Shown: positions 10,566 to 21,211, counted from the first letter of the stretch. The stretch is 64,000 nucleotides of DNA from an uncultured Sulfuricella sp. (GCA_964384915.1 CAYLMA010000001.1:120225-184224), one strand, 5' to 3'. Made by a program: numbers and translations. The notes: generated by a model from the letters alone, not told the origin.

Positions 10566-12002
10566 ATGCCATTCCAGAATTCCGCCAGAGAAGAGACGCT
10601 TGACCCATCGGAGAATGTGCCGGATCTGGGCCTGCCCGGCGCACCCGCATTTCACGACACCCTGACCGGGCTATCCAATTACGCTCTGTTCAAGAAACAG
10701 CTGGAACTTTGCCTGTCGCGCGCCGAGCACAAAGCGCACAGCCTTGCCATCCTGGTCGTGGGGCTGGACCGTTTCAAGCAGGTCAACGACACTTATGGAT
10801 ATGCGGCCGGCGACATGGTGTTGCTCTCGGCAACCCAGCGCCTGAGCGAGCTTGGCATGGGGCATTGCCCCCAGGCGCGCTTGGGCGGCGACACCTTTGC
10901 GCTGGCGATCGAGAACCCTGACAATAGCCAGGTTGCCGCGGATGCCGCAGAGCGCATCATGGCATGCCTGTCTACGCCGTTCTCCATCGAAGGCGAGGAA
11001 GTTTTCCTCAGTGCCAGCATCGGCATCAGCCTATATCCGCATCAAGGCGAAAAGATCTGCGCGCTCATCGCCAACGCTAAGACGGCCATGGATCAGATCA
11101 AAAATCACGGGCGCGACAATTACGCGGTTTTCGACCCGGAACGCCACCAGAGCCGGCGTTCATCGCGCCGTTCAATACTGGAACGCGCCCTGCACCATGC
11201 CCTGGAGAAGAATCAGCTGGCACTGCTCTACCAGCCGCAGATCGACCTGGAAAGCGGTGAGATACGTGGCGTTGAAGCCCTGCTGCGCTGGCATCACCCG
11301 GAACTGGGCACAATTTCCCCTGCCGAATTCATTCCCCTGGCGGAAGAATCCGGCCTCATCCACTCCATCAGCGCCTGGGTGCTGCGTAGCGCCTGCGCCC
11401 AGAACAGCGCCTGGCATCACGAGGGCTACACCGGGCTGCGCATGGCGGTCAACCTGTCGGCGCAACAATTCAGCAGGCCCGGGCTCGATCAGCTAGTCCA
11501 TGAGGTGCTGCAGGACACAGGCCTGGCGCCGCGCTGGCTGGAGCTGGAGCTGACTGAAACCATTGCCCTGCAGCATATCGACGACGCCATCTCCACTCTG
11601 AAAAAGCTCAAGGCCATGGGGGTCAGGATCGCCATCGACGATTTCGGCACCGGCTACTCCTCTCTTAGCTACCTCAAGCACTTCCCGGTCCACAGCATCA
11701 AGATCGACCGCTCCTTCATCAACGGCATCGCCACTCATTCCAGCGATGCCGCCATTACCCGCGCCGTGATCGCCATGGCGCAGAATCTCGGCGTCCGGGT
11801 GGTGGCTGAAGGCGTGGAAAGCGAGAAGCAACTGGATTTCCTGCGCACCCACCTGTGCAACGAGGTGCAAGGCTATTACTTTTCCCCCCCGCTATCGGCC
11901 AAAGGCGCCGGCCAATTGCTGCAGCGCCATGCCAGCAGAACCGCCCTGACATTAACCTGGAGCAATCCCTCTCCGCTTGGCTTTTCCAGCGGAACTCCCT
12001 AG
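10566..12002 (+). CDS. GGDEF-EAL protein with degenerate cyclase motif, probably a c-di-GMP phosphodiesterase
   Basis: GGDEF position reads GGDTF. EAL domain motifs present: EALLRW, DDFGTGYSSL, KIDRSF, EGVE. No sensor domain. Confidence 0.85.
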   Translation: MPFQNSAREETLDPSENVPDLGLPGAPAFHDTLTGLSNYALFKKQLELCLSRAEHKAHSLAILVVGLDRFKQVNDTYGYAAGDMVLLSATQRLSELGMGHCPQARLGGDTFALAIENPDNSQVAADAAERIMACLSTPFSIEGEEVFLSASIGISLYPHQGEKICALIANAKTAMDQIKNHGRDNYAVFDPERHQSRRSSRRSILERALHHALEKNQLALLYQPQIDLESGEIRGVEALLRWHHPELGTISPAEFIPLAEESGLIHSISAWVLRSACAQNSAWHHEGYTGLRMAVNLSAQQFSRPGLDQLVHEVLQDTGLAPRWLELELTETIALQHIDDAISTLKKLKAMGVRIAIDDFGTGYSSLSYLKHFPVHSIKIDRSFINGIATHSSDAAITRAVIAMAQNLGVRVVAEGVESEKQLDFLRTHLCNEVQGYYFSPPLSAKGAGQLLQRHASRTALTLTWSNPSPLGFSSGTP

Positions 12003-12012
12003 GAAGCACTAA

Positions 12013-14709
12013 ATGCCGGGTTTCAGCATCAAGAAAGTCCTGTTACTGCTATTTCTGTTCGGCAATGGCGCCGGGCTGCTGATTTCCGGAATCGGCTACT
12101 GGAGCATGGAACAATCGCGCCAGAACATCACCTGGATAGAAAAGAACAGCCTGCAGCAAATCAATCTGATGTCAAAGATCCACCAGGATCTGAACATCAT
12201 GAAACTCTTGCAGGAAAGTCCGCCCCAAACCCAGAACAAGGCTGAGCAACTGGCCTACCTGGCCGAAAGAACCGGGGAAAACCTGGCCGCACTCCGGCAG
12301 AACTGCCAATGCACCCGGAACCGCAGCATCATGACCGGACTGCAGCGCACCTACGCCAAGCTGCTGGACATGCAAAACGCCCTCCTGGAACAGGAGAAAA
12401 CCGCCCGCGGAGAGGCTACGGAACACTTCCATGCGCGGGGGCGGCACTTGTACAAGCAGATAAACACCCTGCTTGACGATGCCGCGCAGAACCTCATGCT
12501 GCGCACCAACGAGGTCTACAAGGAAAGCATGGACAACTACCACCGCAGCAAGCTGTTTTTGCTGGTTGCCGTGGTATGCGCCGGACTGTTTTTCAGCGTG
12601 GCCACTATTCTTTCCTGGCGCTTTGTATCCAGCCGGGAAAAGCTGGATGCCGAATTTTTTCGCGAGCAGAAAAAATACCAGGCGCTGTTCGAGACTTCCA
12701 ACGACGCCATCCTGGTGCTGGATCAACGCGGTTTCGTCAGCTGCAATCCGGCGACACTCAGCATGTTTCACCTCCCTTCTGCAGAGGCTTTTCGCGCGCT
12801 CTCGCCCATGGACATCAGCGCACCCCGGCAGGCCGGCGGCAAGCCTGCAGAGGATGAGATCCGGCGCCGCATCGAATTGGCAAGCATTGATCAGACCCAG
12901 CATTTCGAATGGCTGTTCCAGCGCCACAATGGCGAAATTTTTCCGGCCAAAACCGTGATGGGCGCGATACAACTGGACAACGAGACGCTGATCCAGCTCA
13001 CCATCCACGACATCACCCAGCAAAAAAATGACGAACTATCCCTGCGGCTTGCGGCGGCGGTGTTCGAAAACTCGCTCGACGGCATCATCATCACCGATGC
13101 AGCGGGAAAAATCCTCGCCGTCAACCGCGTGTTCAGCGAAGTTACAGGTTATGAGCGCGAAGAAGTCCTGGGCCGGAACCCCAGCTTCCTCAAGTCCGGC
13201 AAGCAGGATGAGGCTTTTTATCAAGCCTTCTGGCATTCACTGAAAACCACTGGGCAGTGGCAGGGAGAAATCTGGAACAAGCGCAAGAATGGGGAAGTTT
13301 TTGCTGAATGGATGCAAATATCCAGCGTCAAAAACGAGGAGGGCGACCCCCTGCATTACATCAGCGTGTTCAGCGACATTACCGAGCGCAAGCAGAGTGA
13401 AGACAAGATTATCCACCAGGCCTACCACGACGCCCTCACCAACCTGCCCAACCGCGTGCTTTTCAAGGACCGTCTGGAACAGGCGCTGGCTTTCGCGCAA
13501 CGCCTCAAGCACCAGAACGTGGCCGTGCTGTTCATGGACCTCGACCGCTTCAAGTTCATCAACGACACCCTCGGCCACGACGCCGGCGACCAGTTGCTGC
13601 AGGAAGTAGCCGTGCGCCTGCACAACTGCGTACGCGCGAGCGACACCGTCGCCCGCCTGGGCGGCGACGAGTTCACCATTCTGCTGCCCGAGGTGGATCA
13701 CGCGGATGAAGCCATGCTGGTCGCCGCCAAGGTGCTGGCCGCCATGAAGCATCCCTTCACGCTCTCAGGAAAAGAGCTGTTCGTCACCGTTAGCATCGGC
13801 ATCAGCATGTACCCCAAGGACGGGGCGGATGTCGACACCCTGATGAAAAATGCAGATGCTGCCATGTACCACGTCAAGGGGCAGGGGCGCGCCGGCTTCC
13901 ATCTCTACACCGACGACCTGTCGCTGCAGACCATGCGCCGCCTTGAACTGCAAAACCAGCTCTACAACGCCCTGGACCGCAGTGAATTCGTGCTTCACTA
14001 CCAGCCCCAAATGGATCTTGCCACTGGCGCCATTTATGGCGTCGAGGCCCTGATCCGCTGGCAGCATCCGGCCCTCGGCCTGGTCCCTCCGTCCGAATTC
14101 ATCCCGGTGGCGGAAGAAACCGGCCTGATCCAGTCGATTGGCGCATGGGTGCTCGAAGAGGCCTGCTGCCATGGGAAAGCCTGGCTGGACATGGGGATCG
14201 AGCTACAGATTGCTGTCAATCTCTCGGCACGCCAGTTCCAGAAGAAGGACCTGGCCGGGTTGGTGACCCGAACCCTGCATCTGTGCGGGCTGCCGCCCGA
14301 ATTGCTGGAACTGGAAATCACCGAAAGCGTGGCGATGGAGAACGCTGAACTTACCATGCGCGCCATGCAATCCCTCACCCAGCTTGGCATCCAGACCGCC
14401 ATCGACGATTTTGGCACGGGTTATTCCTCCCTCAGCCAGCTCAAGAAATTGCCGCTGCACACGCTGAAAATTGACCGGAGTTTCATTAAGGACCTAATGA
14501 CCGACAGCGATGATTCCGCGATTGTGACAGCCGTCATCACCATGGCTCACAGCCTGGGGCTCAAGGTGATCGCCGAAGGCGTGGAAACTGAGGATCAACT
14601 GCAACGCCTGCGCGAACTGGGCTGCGAGCGCGCCCAAGGTTATCTTCTCGGACGGCCCATGCCGCCAGGTGAAATCACCGCGCTGCTGCAACCCGAAATG
14701 CGGGTTTGA
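12013..14709 (+). CDS. Membrane sensor, periplasmic helical domain-PAS-PAS-GGDEF-EAL
   Basis: N-terminal TM, periplasmic segment, second TM, two PAS-like regions. Intact RLGGDEF, EALIRW, DDFGTGYSSL. Confidence 0.9.
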   Translation: MPGFSIKKVLLLLFLFGNGAGLLISGIGYWSMEQSRQNITWIEKNSLQQINLMSKIHQDLNIMKLLQESPPQTQNKAEQLAYLAERTGENLAALRQNCQCTRNRSIMTGLQRTYAKLLDMQNALLEQEKTARGEATEHFHARGRHLYKQINTLLDDAAQNLMLRTNEVYKESMDNYHRSKLFLLVAVVCAGLFFSVATILSWRFVSSREKLDAEFFREQKKYQALFETSNDAILVLDQRGFVSCNPATLSMFHLPSAEAFRALSPMDISAPRQAGGKPAEDEIRRRIELASIDQTQHFEWLFQRHNGEIFPAKTVMGAIQLDNETLIQLTIHDITQQKNDELSLRLAAAVFENSLDGIIITDAAGKILAVNRVFSEVTGYEREEVLGRNPSFLKSGKQDEAFYQAFWHSLKTTGQWQGEIWNKRKNGEVFAEWMQISSVKNEEGDPLHYISVFSDITERKQSEDKIIHQAYHDALTNLPNRVLFKDRLEQALAFAQRLKHQNVAVLFMDLDRFKFINDTLGHDAGDQLLQEVAVRLHNCVRASDTVARLGGDEFTILLPEVDHADEAMLVAAKVLAAMKHPFTLSGKELFVTVSIGISMYPKDGADVDTLMKNADAAMYHVKGQGRAGFHLYTDDLSLQTMRRLELQNQLYNALDRSEFVLHYQPQMDLATGAIYGVEALIRWQHPALGLVPPSEFIPVAEETGLIQSIGAWVLEEACCHGKAWLDMGIELQIAVNLSARQFQKKDLAGLVTRTLHLCGLPPELLELEITESVAMENAELTMRAMQSLTQLGIQTAIDDFGTGYSSLSQLKKLPLHTLKIDRSFIKDLMTDSDDSAIVTAVITMAHSLGLKVIAEGVETEDQLQRLRELGCERAQGYLLGRPMPPGEITALLQPEMRV

Positions 14710-14762
14710 AGCACGGGACGCGGGAGGGGCCGGCAGCTTGGGCAAATTCTTTTACCCACACG

Positions 14763-14790
14763 CTTGAAATGGGAAAGTCCGTTCCCATAT
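14763..14790 (+). promoter_or_regulatory. Sigma32 (RpoH)-type promoter upstream of grpE
   Basis: CTTGAAA (14763-14769), 14-nt spacer, CCCATAT (14784-14790). Matches the heat-shock consensus CTTGAA-N13-15-CCCCATNT. Confidence 0.6.
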
Positions 14791-14818
14791 CGCTAGCAGT
14801 TGACCAAGGAGCCCGTTG

Positions 14819-15367
14819 ATGCAAGACGAACAGCACACCCCCGAACTGGAACAGAAAGACGGGGTTACGCAAACCCCGGACGCCAATAATGCCGTGGAAA
14901 CCATGCCGAGCATGGAAGAACTCCTGAAGCAGGCTGAACTGAACGCCCAGGAACACCACGACGCCTGGCTGCGCGCCAAGGCCGATGCCGAGAATATCCG
15001 CAAGCGCGCCCAGAGCGATGTCGCCAATGCGCACAAATACGCCGTGGAAAATTTCTCCAGCGAGCTGCTGGCGGTCAAGGACAGCCTCGAAGCGGCTCTG
15101 GCCGTGGAAACTGCCACCATCGAGAGCCTCAAGAGCGGCGTCGACCTGACCCTGAAGCAACTGGTTTCCGCCTTCGAGAAATACAGCATCGCCGAACTCA
15201 ATCCGGCCGGCGAGAAGTTCGATCCCCACAAGCATCAGGCCATCAGCATGGTGGACAGCGATGCCGAGCCCAATACGGTGGTGACGGTATTGCAGAAAGG
15301 CTACCAGCTGCACGACCGCATCCTGCGCCCGGCGCTGGTGATGGTTGCAAAAGCCCGCGAAGCCTAA
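14819..15367 (+). CDS. grpE: Nucleotide exchange factor GrpE
   Basis: GrpE-like sequence ([13 protein letters not shown]..., C-terminal [14 protein letters not shown]). AAGGAG RBS lies 7 nt before the ATG at 14819. Confidence 0.95.
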   Translation: MQDEQHTPELEQKDGVTQTPDANNAVETMPSMEELLKQAELNAQEHHDAWLRAKADAENIRKRAQSDVANAHKYAVENFSSELLAVKDSLEAALAVETATIESLKSGVDLTLKQLVSAFEKYSIAELNPAGEKFDPHKHQAISMVDSDAEPNTVVTVLQKGYQLHDRILRPALVMVAKAREA

Positions 15368-15412
15368 GCCGCACAAAACGTAAGTCGCGCAAAGCGTAAG
15401 CCGCAAGAACCG

Positions 15413-15439
15413 CTTGAAAGCCGCGCACTCAACCCCACT
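15413..15439 (+). promoter_or_regulatory. Sigma32-type promoter upstream of dnaK
   Basis: CTTGAAA (15413-15419), 13-nt spacer, CCCCACT (15433-15439). Confidence 0.6.
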
Positions 15440-15467
15440 TTAGCTGCAAGGGTTTTTCAGACCCGCC

Positions 15468-15543
15468 GTCATTGCGAGGAGTGAAGCGACGAAGCAATCT
15501 GCACCTTAAAGAAGCGAGATTGCTTCGCTTTGCTCGCAATGAC
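15468..15543. repeat. Palindromic repeat family B (gtcattgcgag...gaagcaatct), copy in the dnaK leader
   Basis: Left arm gtcattgcgaggagtgaagcgacgaagcaatct pairs with right arm agattgcttcgctttgctcgcaatgac. A second copy is at 22735-22810. Confidence 0.75.
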
Positions 15544-15598
15544 CAAGCGGCACACCACAATGAATTTTGAATTTGCTTAATTAATTTAAGGAACAATC

Positions 15599-17509
<1,911 letters not shown>

Positions 17510-17510
17510 A

Positions 17511-17926
17511 GCGTGAAAAGTGAAAGGTGAAGCGTGAGACGAAACCACAAGGATCTGCGGGCTTGGCAATCAGCCATGCAACTGGTCGAAATGGTTTACC
17601 GTCTCACCTCCACTTTCCCCAAAGAGGAGCTATATGGGCTCTCCTCCCAGATGCGTCGAGCCGCAATTTCTGTTCCTTCCAACATCGCTGAAGGCGCGGC
17701 GAGACAGAGCACAAAAGACTTGCTGCGTTTTCTGGTCATCGCCAGCGGCTCGCTTGCGGAACTGGACACACAACTGGAATTGTCGCTAAACATCGGTTAT
17801 TGCCAGGACCCATCTTCCGTGCAACTCAAGATTGATGAGGTTTCTGCTTTGACCCACGCACTTATGAAATCACTCAAGGAACGCGAATGATGCGCCACAT
17901 TTCACATTTCACATTTCACGTTTCAC
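17511..17926 (+). mobile_element. IVS-like cassette: four-helix-bundle ORF bracketed by GTGAAN-periodic inverted arms (family A)
   Basis: Left arm gcgtgaaaagtgaaaggtgaagcgtgag (17511-17538). Right arm cacatttcacatttcacatttcacgtttcac (17896-17926) has the reverse-complement periodicity. Fills the dnaK-dnaJ spacer. Mobility is inferred, not shown. Confidence 0.4.
17534..17890 (+). CDS. Four-helix-bundle protein (23S rRNA intervening-sequence protein / Avd-like family)
   Basis: [49 protein letters not shown] are typical of this family. GTG start lies inside the left repeat arm. Confidence 0.8.
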   Translation: MRRNHKDLRAWQSAMQLVEMVYRLTSTFPKEELYGLSSQMRRAAISVPSNIAEGAARQSTKDLLRFLVIASGSLAELDTQLELSLNIGYCQDPSSVQLKIDEVSALTHALMKSLKERE

Positions 17927-17933
17927 ATACAAA

Positions 17934-19064
17934 ATGAGCAAACGCGACTATTACGAAACCCTCGGCGTCAACCGCGACGCCTCGGACGATGAGCTCAAGA
18001 AAGCCTACCGCAAGCTGGCGATGAAGTACCATCCGGACCGCAATCCGGACAATCCCAAGGCGGAGGAGCACTTCAAGGAAGCCAAGGAAGCCTACGAGAT
18101 CCTCACGGACAGCAGCAAGCGCGCAGCTTACGACCAGTACGGCCATGCCGGGGTCGACCCGCAGGCCGGCATGGGCGGCGCCGGCGGCGCGGGCATGGGC
18201 GGGTTCGCCGATGCCTTCGGCGACATCTTCGGCGACATCTTCGGCGGTGGCGGCGGGCGCGGCGGGCGCTCCAACGTCTACCGCGGCGCGGACCTGCGCT
18301 ACAACCTCGAAATCTCGCTGGAAGACGCCGCGCGGGGCGCGGAAACCAAGATCCGCATCCCCACCATGGAAAAATGCGATGCCTGCAACGGCTCCGGCGC
18401 AAAACCCGGCACCCAGCCGACCACCTGCACCACCTGCGGCGGCCACGGCCAGGTGCGCATGCAGCAGGGCTTCTTCTCCATCCAGCAGACCTGCCCGCGC
18501 TGCCACGGCAGCGGCAAGATGGTGCAAAGCCCCTGCAGCCCCTGCCAGGGCTCCGGCCGCGTCAAGCAGCACAAGACGCTGGTGGTCAAGATTCCATCCG
18601 GCGTTGACGAGGGCGACCGCATCCGCCTCTCCGGCGAAGGCGAGGACGGCGTCAACGGCGGCCCGCCCGGCGACCTCTACGTCGTCATCCAGATCAAGCC
18701 GCACGGCGTGTTCCAGCGCGACCACGACGACCTGCATTGCGAAATGCCGATCAGCTTCACCGTTGCCGCGCTGGGTGGGGAAATCGACATCCCCACCCTG
18801 GACGGCCACGCCAAGATCAAGATCCCATCCGAAACCCAGAGCGGCAAGGTCTTCCGCCTGCGCGGCAAGGGCATCAAGGGCGTGCGCAGCCAGCACCACG
18901 GCGACCTGATGTGCCACGTCATCGTGGAAACGCCGGTGAGCCTGACCGAGCGGCAGAAGGAATTGTTGCGCGAACTGGAGGCCCTCAACCAGGCCGACGG
19001 CGACCGCCACAACCCGCGCGCCAAATCGTGGATGGACAAGGTTAAGGCGTTCTTCGGCCCCTGA
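17934..19064 (+). CDS. dnaJ: Co-chaperone DnaJ
   Basis: J domain with HPD, G/F-rich linker, four CxxCxGxG zinc-finger repeats. Confidence 0.98.
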   Translation: MSKRDYYETLGVNRDASDDELKKAYRKLAMKYHPDRNPDNPKAEEHFKEAKEAYEILTDSSKRAAYDQYGHAGVDPQAGMGGAGGAGMGGFADAFGDIFGDIFGGGGGRGGRSNVYRGADLRYNLEISLEDAARGAETKIRIPTMEKCDACNGSGAKPGTQPTTCTTCGGHGQVRMQQGFFSIQQTCPRCHGSGKMVQSPCSPCQGSGRVKQHKTLVVKIPSGVDEGDRIRLSGEGEDGVNGGPPGDLYVVIQIKPHGVFQRDHDDLHCEMPISFTVAALGGEIDIPTLDGHAKIKIPSETQSGKVFRLRGKGIKGVRSQHHGDLMCHVIVETPVSLTERQKELLRELEALNQADGDRHNPRAKSWMDKVKAFFGP

Positions 19065-19079
19065 ATTGATCGTCGAAAA

Positions 19080-19140
19080 GCCGCTCAAAGCAAACAAGCC
19101 GGCCAGAAATAGCCGGCTTGTTTGCTTTGAGCGGCTATTT
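19080..19140 (+). terminator. Long hairpin terminator after dnaJ
   Basis: Perfect 24-bp inverted repeat: gccgctcaaagcaaacaagccggc (19080-19103) pairs with gccggcttgtttgctttgagcggc (19112-19135), followed by tattt. Confidence 0.65.
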
Positions 19141-19206
19141 AATGTTGAAACTTGCAGGTCGGGCTTCAGCCCGACCTGCAATTGAAATAAATTCTGACCG
19201 GATCAA
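19137..19206. repeat. REP-like palindromic repeat family C, monomer copy
   Basis: Core ttgcaggtcgggcttcagcccgacctgcaa (19152-19181). Flanks (tttaatgttgaaact ... tgaaataaattctgaccgga) are shared with the copy at 22626-22712. Confidence 0.75.
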
Positions 19207-19257
19207 TAAGGACACGCAAAATACGTGTAACATAATTGCACTTGGGGATATGTCACC

Positions 19258-19503
19258 ATGAAACAAAATATAACGCTCGCACTGGACCAGGAAATTCTCA
19301 AAGCGGCCCGTGTCTATGCTGCCCAGCAAGGCACCAGCATCAGTGCACTGCTCGCCGATAATTTGCGTGAAAAGGTAGAGCGGCAGTGCCACTATGAGCA
19401 ATCCCGGCAGATTGCGCTAGCCCTGCTCGACCAGTCTTGGTCACTCGGCGGCCAGGGAATCGACAACCGCGAGGAACTCCATGACCGTTCTGCGCTTCGT
19501 TGA
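19258..19503 (+). CDS. Putative antitoxin (VapB-like) of the adjacent PIN toxin
   Basis: 81-aa ORF directly upstream of, and overlapping, the PIN gene. N-terminal ITLALDQEILKAARVYAAQQGTSISALL resembles a DNA-binding antitoxin fold. Confidence 0.6.
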   Translation: MKQNITLALDQEILKAARVYAAQQGTSISALLADNLREKVERQCHYEQSRQIALALLDQSWSLGGQGIDNREELHDRSALR

Positions 19504-19924
19504 TACCAACATTCTGCTCTACGCTCATGACCGCGATGCGGGAGATAGGCATACGCTCGCCAGACAAATTCTGGTCGATCTATGGAACGGGGAAAATGGC
19601 TGCCTAAGCGTTCAGGTACTGCAGGAGTTTTTCGTCAACGTGACACGGAAAATACCCCAGACGCTGCCAACCGCCGTTGCGCGTGAAGTCATGCGCACCT
19701 ATCTTCCATGGGTTCGGGTTTCAAGCGACGGCGAGATGGTGATTCGCGCCTCCGAAATCGCCGATGCCTGGCAAACGTCGTTCTGGGACGGGATGATCAT
19801 CGCCGCGGCTGAACGCTCTGGCGCTTCCGAGCTCTTGAGCGAGGACCTGCATAACGGTCAGCGCATCGCCGGACTGATTGTGTTAAACCCATTTCTGTCA
19901 CCGGCCAAATCAAACCCGGCTTAG
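19481..19924 (+). CDS. vapC: PIN-domain toxin (VapC family)
   Basis: N-terminal FVDTNILLYAH (first catalytic Asp), later acidic positions present (SFWDGMIIAAA). Size and pairing typical of VapC. Confidence 0.8.
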   Translation: MTVLRFVDTNILLYAHDRDAGDRHTLARQILVDLWNGENGCLSVQVLQEFFVNVTRKIPQTLPTAVAREVMRTYLPWVRVSSDGEMVIRASEIADAWQTSFWDGMIIAAAERSGASELLSEDLHNGQRIAGLIVLNPFLSPAKSNPA

Positions 19925-19973
19925 TGCTCTACTTTGGCAAACCCAGGGCCTGCGCCTTCGATGCAGCAACGCA

Positions 19974-19996
19974 GATGTGACGTTCAGCGTCACATC
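19974..19996. promoter_or_regulatory. Perfect palindrome upstream of pilA, candidate enhancer-binding-protein site
   Basis: gatgtgacg ttcag cgtcacatc lies about 175 nt upstream of the sigma54-type promoter at 20170. Function not shown. Confidence 0.2.
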
Positions 19997-20169
19997 CTGA
20001 CATTGCACAATAGGCATATCCCAGCCATGGTCGTGGGAATGTGGCGCCACAGCCATGATTACCTTGCCATGAGCGCCTCAACGCAACACCCGGATAATAT
20101 TTCTTTTTATATATCATTCAATATGTTAATGCAAACAAACCACGCCGGATTGACTTACCCGGCCATGGC

Positions 20170-20185
20170 TGGCATGGACTGTGCT
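20170..20185 (+). promoter_or_regulatory. Sigma54-type promoter for pilA
   Basis: TGGCAT-ggact-GTGCT gives GG-N10-GC spacing. It sits 72 nt before the pilA ATG. Sigma54/PilR control of pilA is known from Pseudomonas-type systems. Confidence 0.55.
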
Positions 20186-20256
20186 GAACATATCGCAAAC
20201 ACCTGAACCGTGTTTTCAAGTGTCCTGAACCCAAACTGAAACTGAGGAGAAACACC

Positions 20257-20670
20257 ATGAAGAAAGTACAACAAGGTTTTACCCTGATCGAACTGATGAT
20301 CGTGGTTGCCATTATCGGCATTCTGGCTGCCGTGGCCCTGCCTGCGTACCAGGATTACACGAACCGAGCAAAGGCATCTGAAGTTGTCCTGGCAGCCAGC
20401 GGCGCGAGGACTTGCGTGTCTGAAATCAACCAGAGCGCTCCCGACATTACCACAGCAGACTACACTGCCTGCAGCAATCCAACCGCAACCAAGTATGTGT
20501 CTGGGGTGGTGGTTGACTCCACCGGGGTTATCACTGCAACGGGCAAGATCTTGGCGGCTGGTGATACTGTCGTTACTCTCACCCCGAATCCGAAAGCCAA
20601 TTCGGCCTTCATCACAGATTGGAAATGCGTAGGCACCCCGCTGAAATGGATGCCGGGTAGCTGCAAGTAA
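20257..20670 (+). CDS. pilA: Type IV major pilin
   Basis: Prepilin leader MKKVQQG|[27 protein letters not shown] and a C-terminal disulfide loop C...C. Confidence 0.9.
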   Translation: MKKVQQGFTLIELMIVVAIIGILAAVALPAYQDYTNRAKASEVVLAASGARTCVSEINQSAPDITTADYTACSNPTATKYVSGVVVDSTGVITATGKILAAGDTVVTLTPNPKANSAFITDWKCVGTPLKWMPGSCK

Positions 20671-20708
20671 TTGCACAAACAATTCGGGATACAACCCCGA
20701 TTATTCAG

Positions 20709-20732
20709 AACCCCGCTTCGGCGGGGTTTTTT
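20709..20732 (+). terminator. Rho-independent terminator after pilA
   Basis: aaccccgc-ttcg-gcggggtt stem-loop followed by a T run. Confidence 0.8.
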
Positions 20733-20771
20733 CGTATCAACTGCACGAATGATGCGCAGCATGCGACTGCT

Positions 20772-20843
20772 TCAACCTTTCCCGCTCACATGGGTATATA
20801 TCTGAGTCGTTGAAATATCCGAATGCCCCAGGATCAATGGGGG
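20772..20843 (-). pseudogene. 3'-terminal fragment of a tyrosine recombinase gene
   Basis: Minus-strand reading gives PPLILGHSDISTTQIYTHVSGKG*, with a stop immediately upstream. It covers only the last ~23 codons, including the catalytic-Tyr box, and is diverged at DNA level from xerD at 21233-22126. Confidence 0.6.
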
Positions 20844-20902
20844 TTACAGATGGTTGTTTCTATAGGGAAAAGCCACGGTTATTTGTGCCGAGGCCGCCAT
20901 TA

Positions 20903-21211
20903 TCATTCCAACGGATCGATTAGCTCCAGGCCGCAATCCTCGAAGCCCTTGATGTTCCGGGTGGCAACGGCAAATCCGTGGGCGCGGGCAATGCTCGCAA
21001 TTTGCCCGTCAGGCAGGGACATGGGATGGCCAATTTCCTTGCGATGCCCCATGATTTCGGCATAGGCACGGGCGGCAGATGCAGTAAAGTCAAGCACCCT
21101 TTCTTCAAACGCTTCTGCAATGAATTGCTCGAAACGGCTTTGCAACTGCCACCGGCGCCGCCGGCCTTCTGGCAAAATACGCAGGCCATAGCCGACTTCT
21201 GCCAGCATCAC
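20903..21211 (-). pseudogene. N-terminally truncated PIN toxin (VapC/FitB-like), no antitoxin gene
   Basis: Sequence aligns with a FitB-type PIN from about residue 40 onward (VMLAEVGYGL...DGQIASIARAHGFAVATRN). The first-Asp strand is missing. The frame opens only 7 codons after the xerD stop and is in phase with it. Confidence 0.65.

Noticed and set aside
17511-17926. Possibility that the short periodic GTGAAN repeats (also at 5645-5743 and 42990-43066) are CRISPR arrays
   Set aside because: The units are 6-7 nt with no spacers, they are arranged as inverted arms, and no cas genes are present.
19921-19929. ttagtgctc resembling a CIRCE half-site (HrcA operator)
   Set aside because: There is no inverted partner 9 nt away. 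No full TTAGCACTC-N9-GAGTGCTAA was seen upstream of hrcA, grpE or dnaK, which carry sigma32-type promoters instead.
19934-20206. 90-aa plus and 62-aa minus ORFs in the vapC-pilA spacer
   Set aside because: They have no RBS or motifs. The region holds the pilA promoter elements and is AT-rich non-coding in character.
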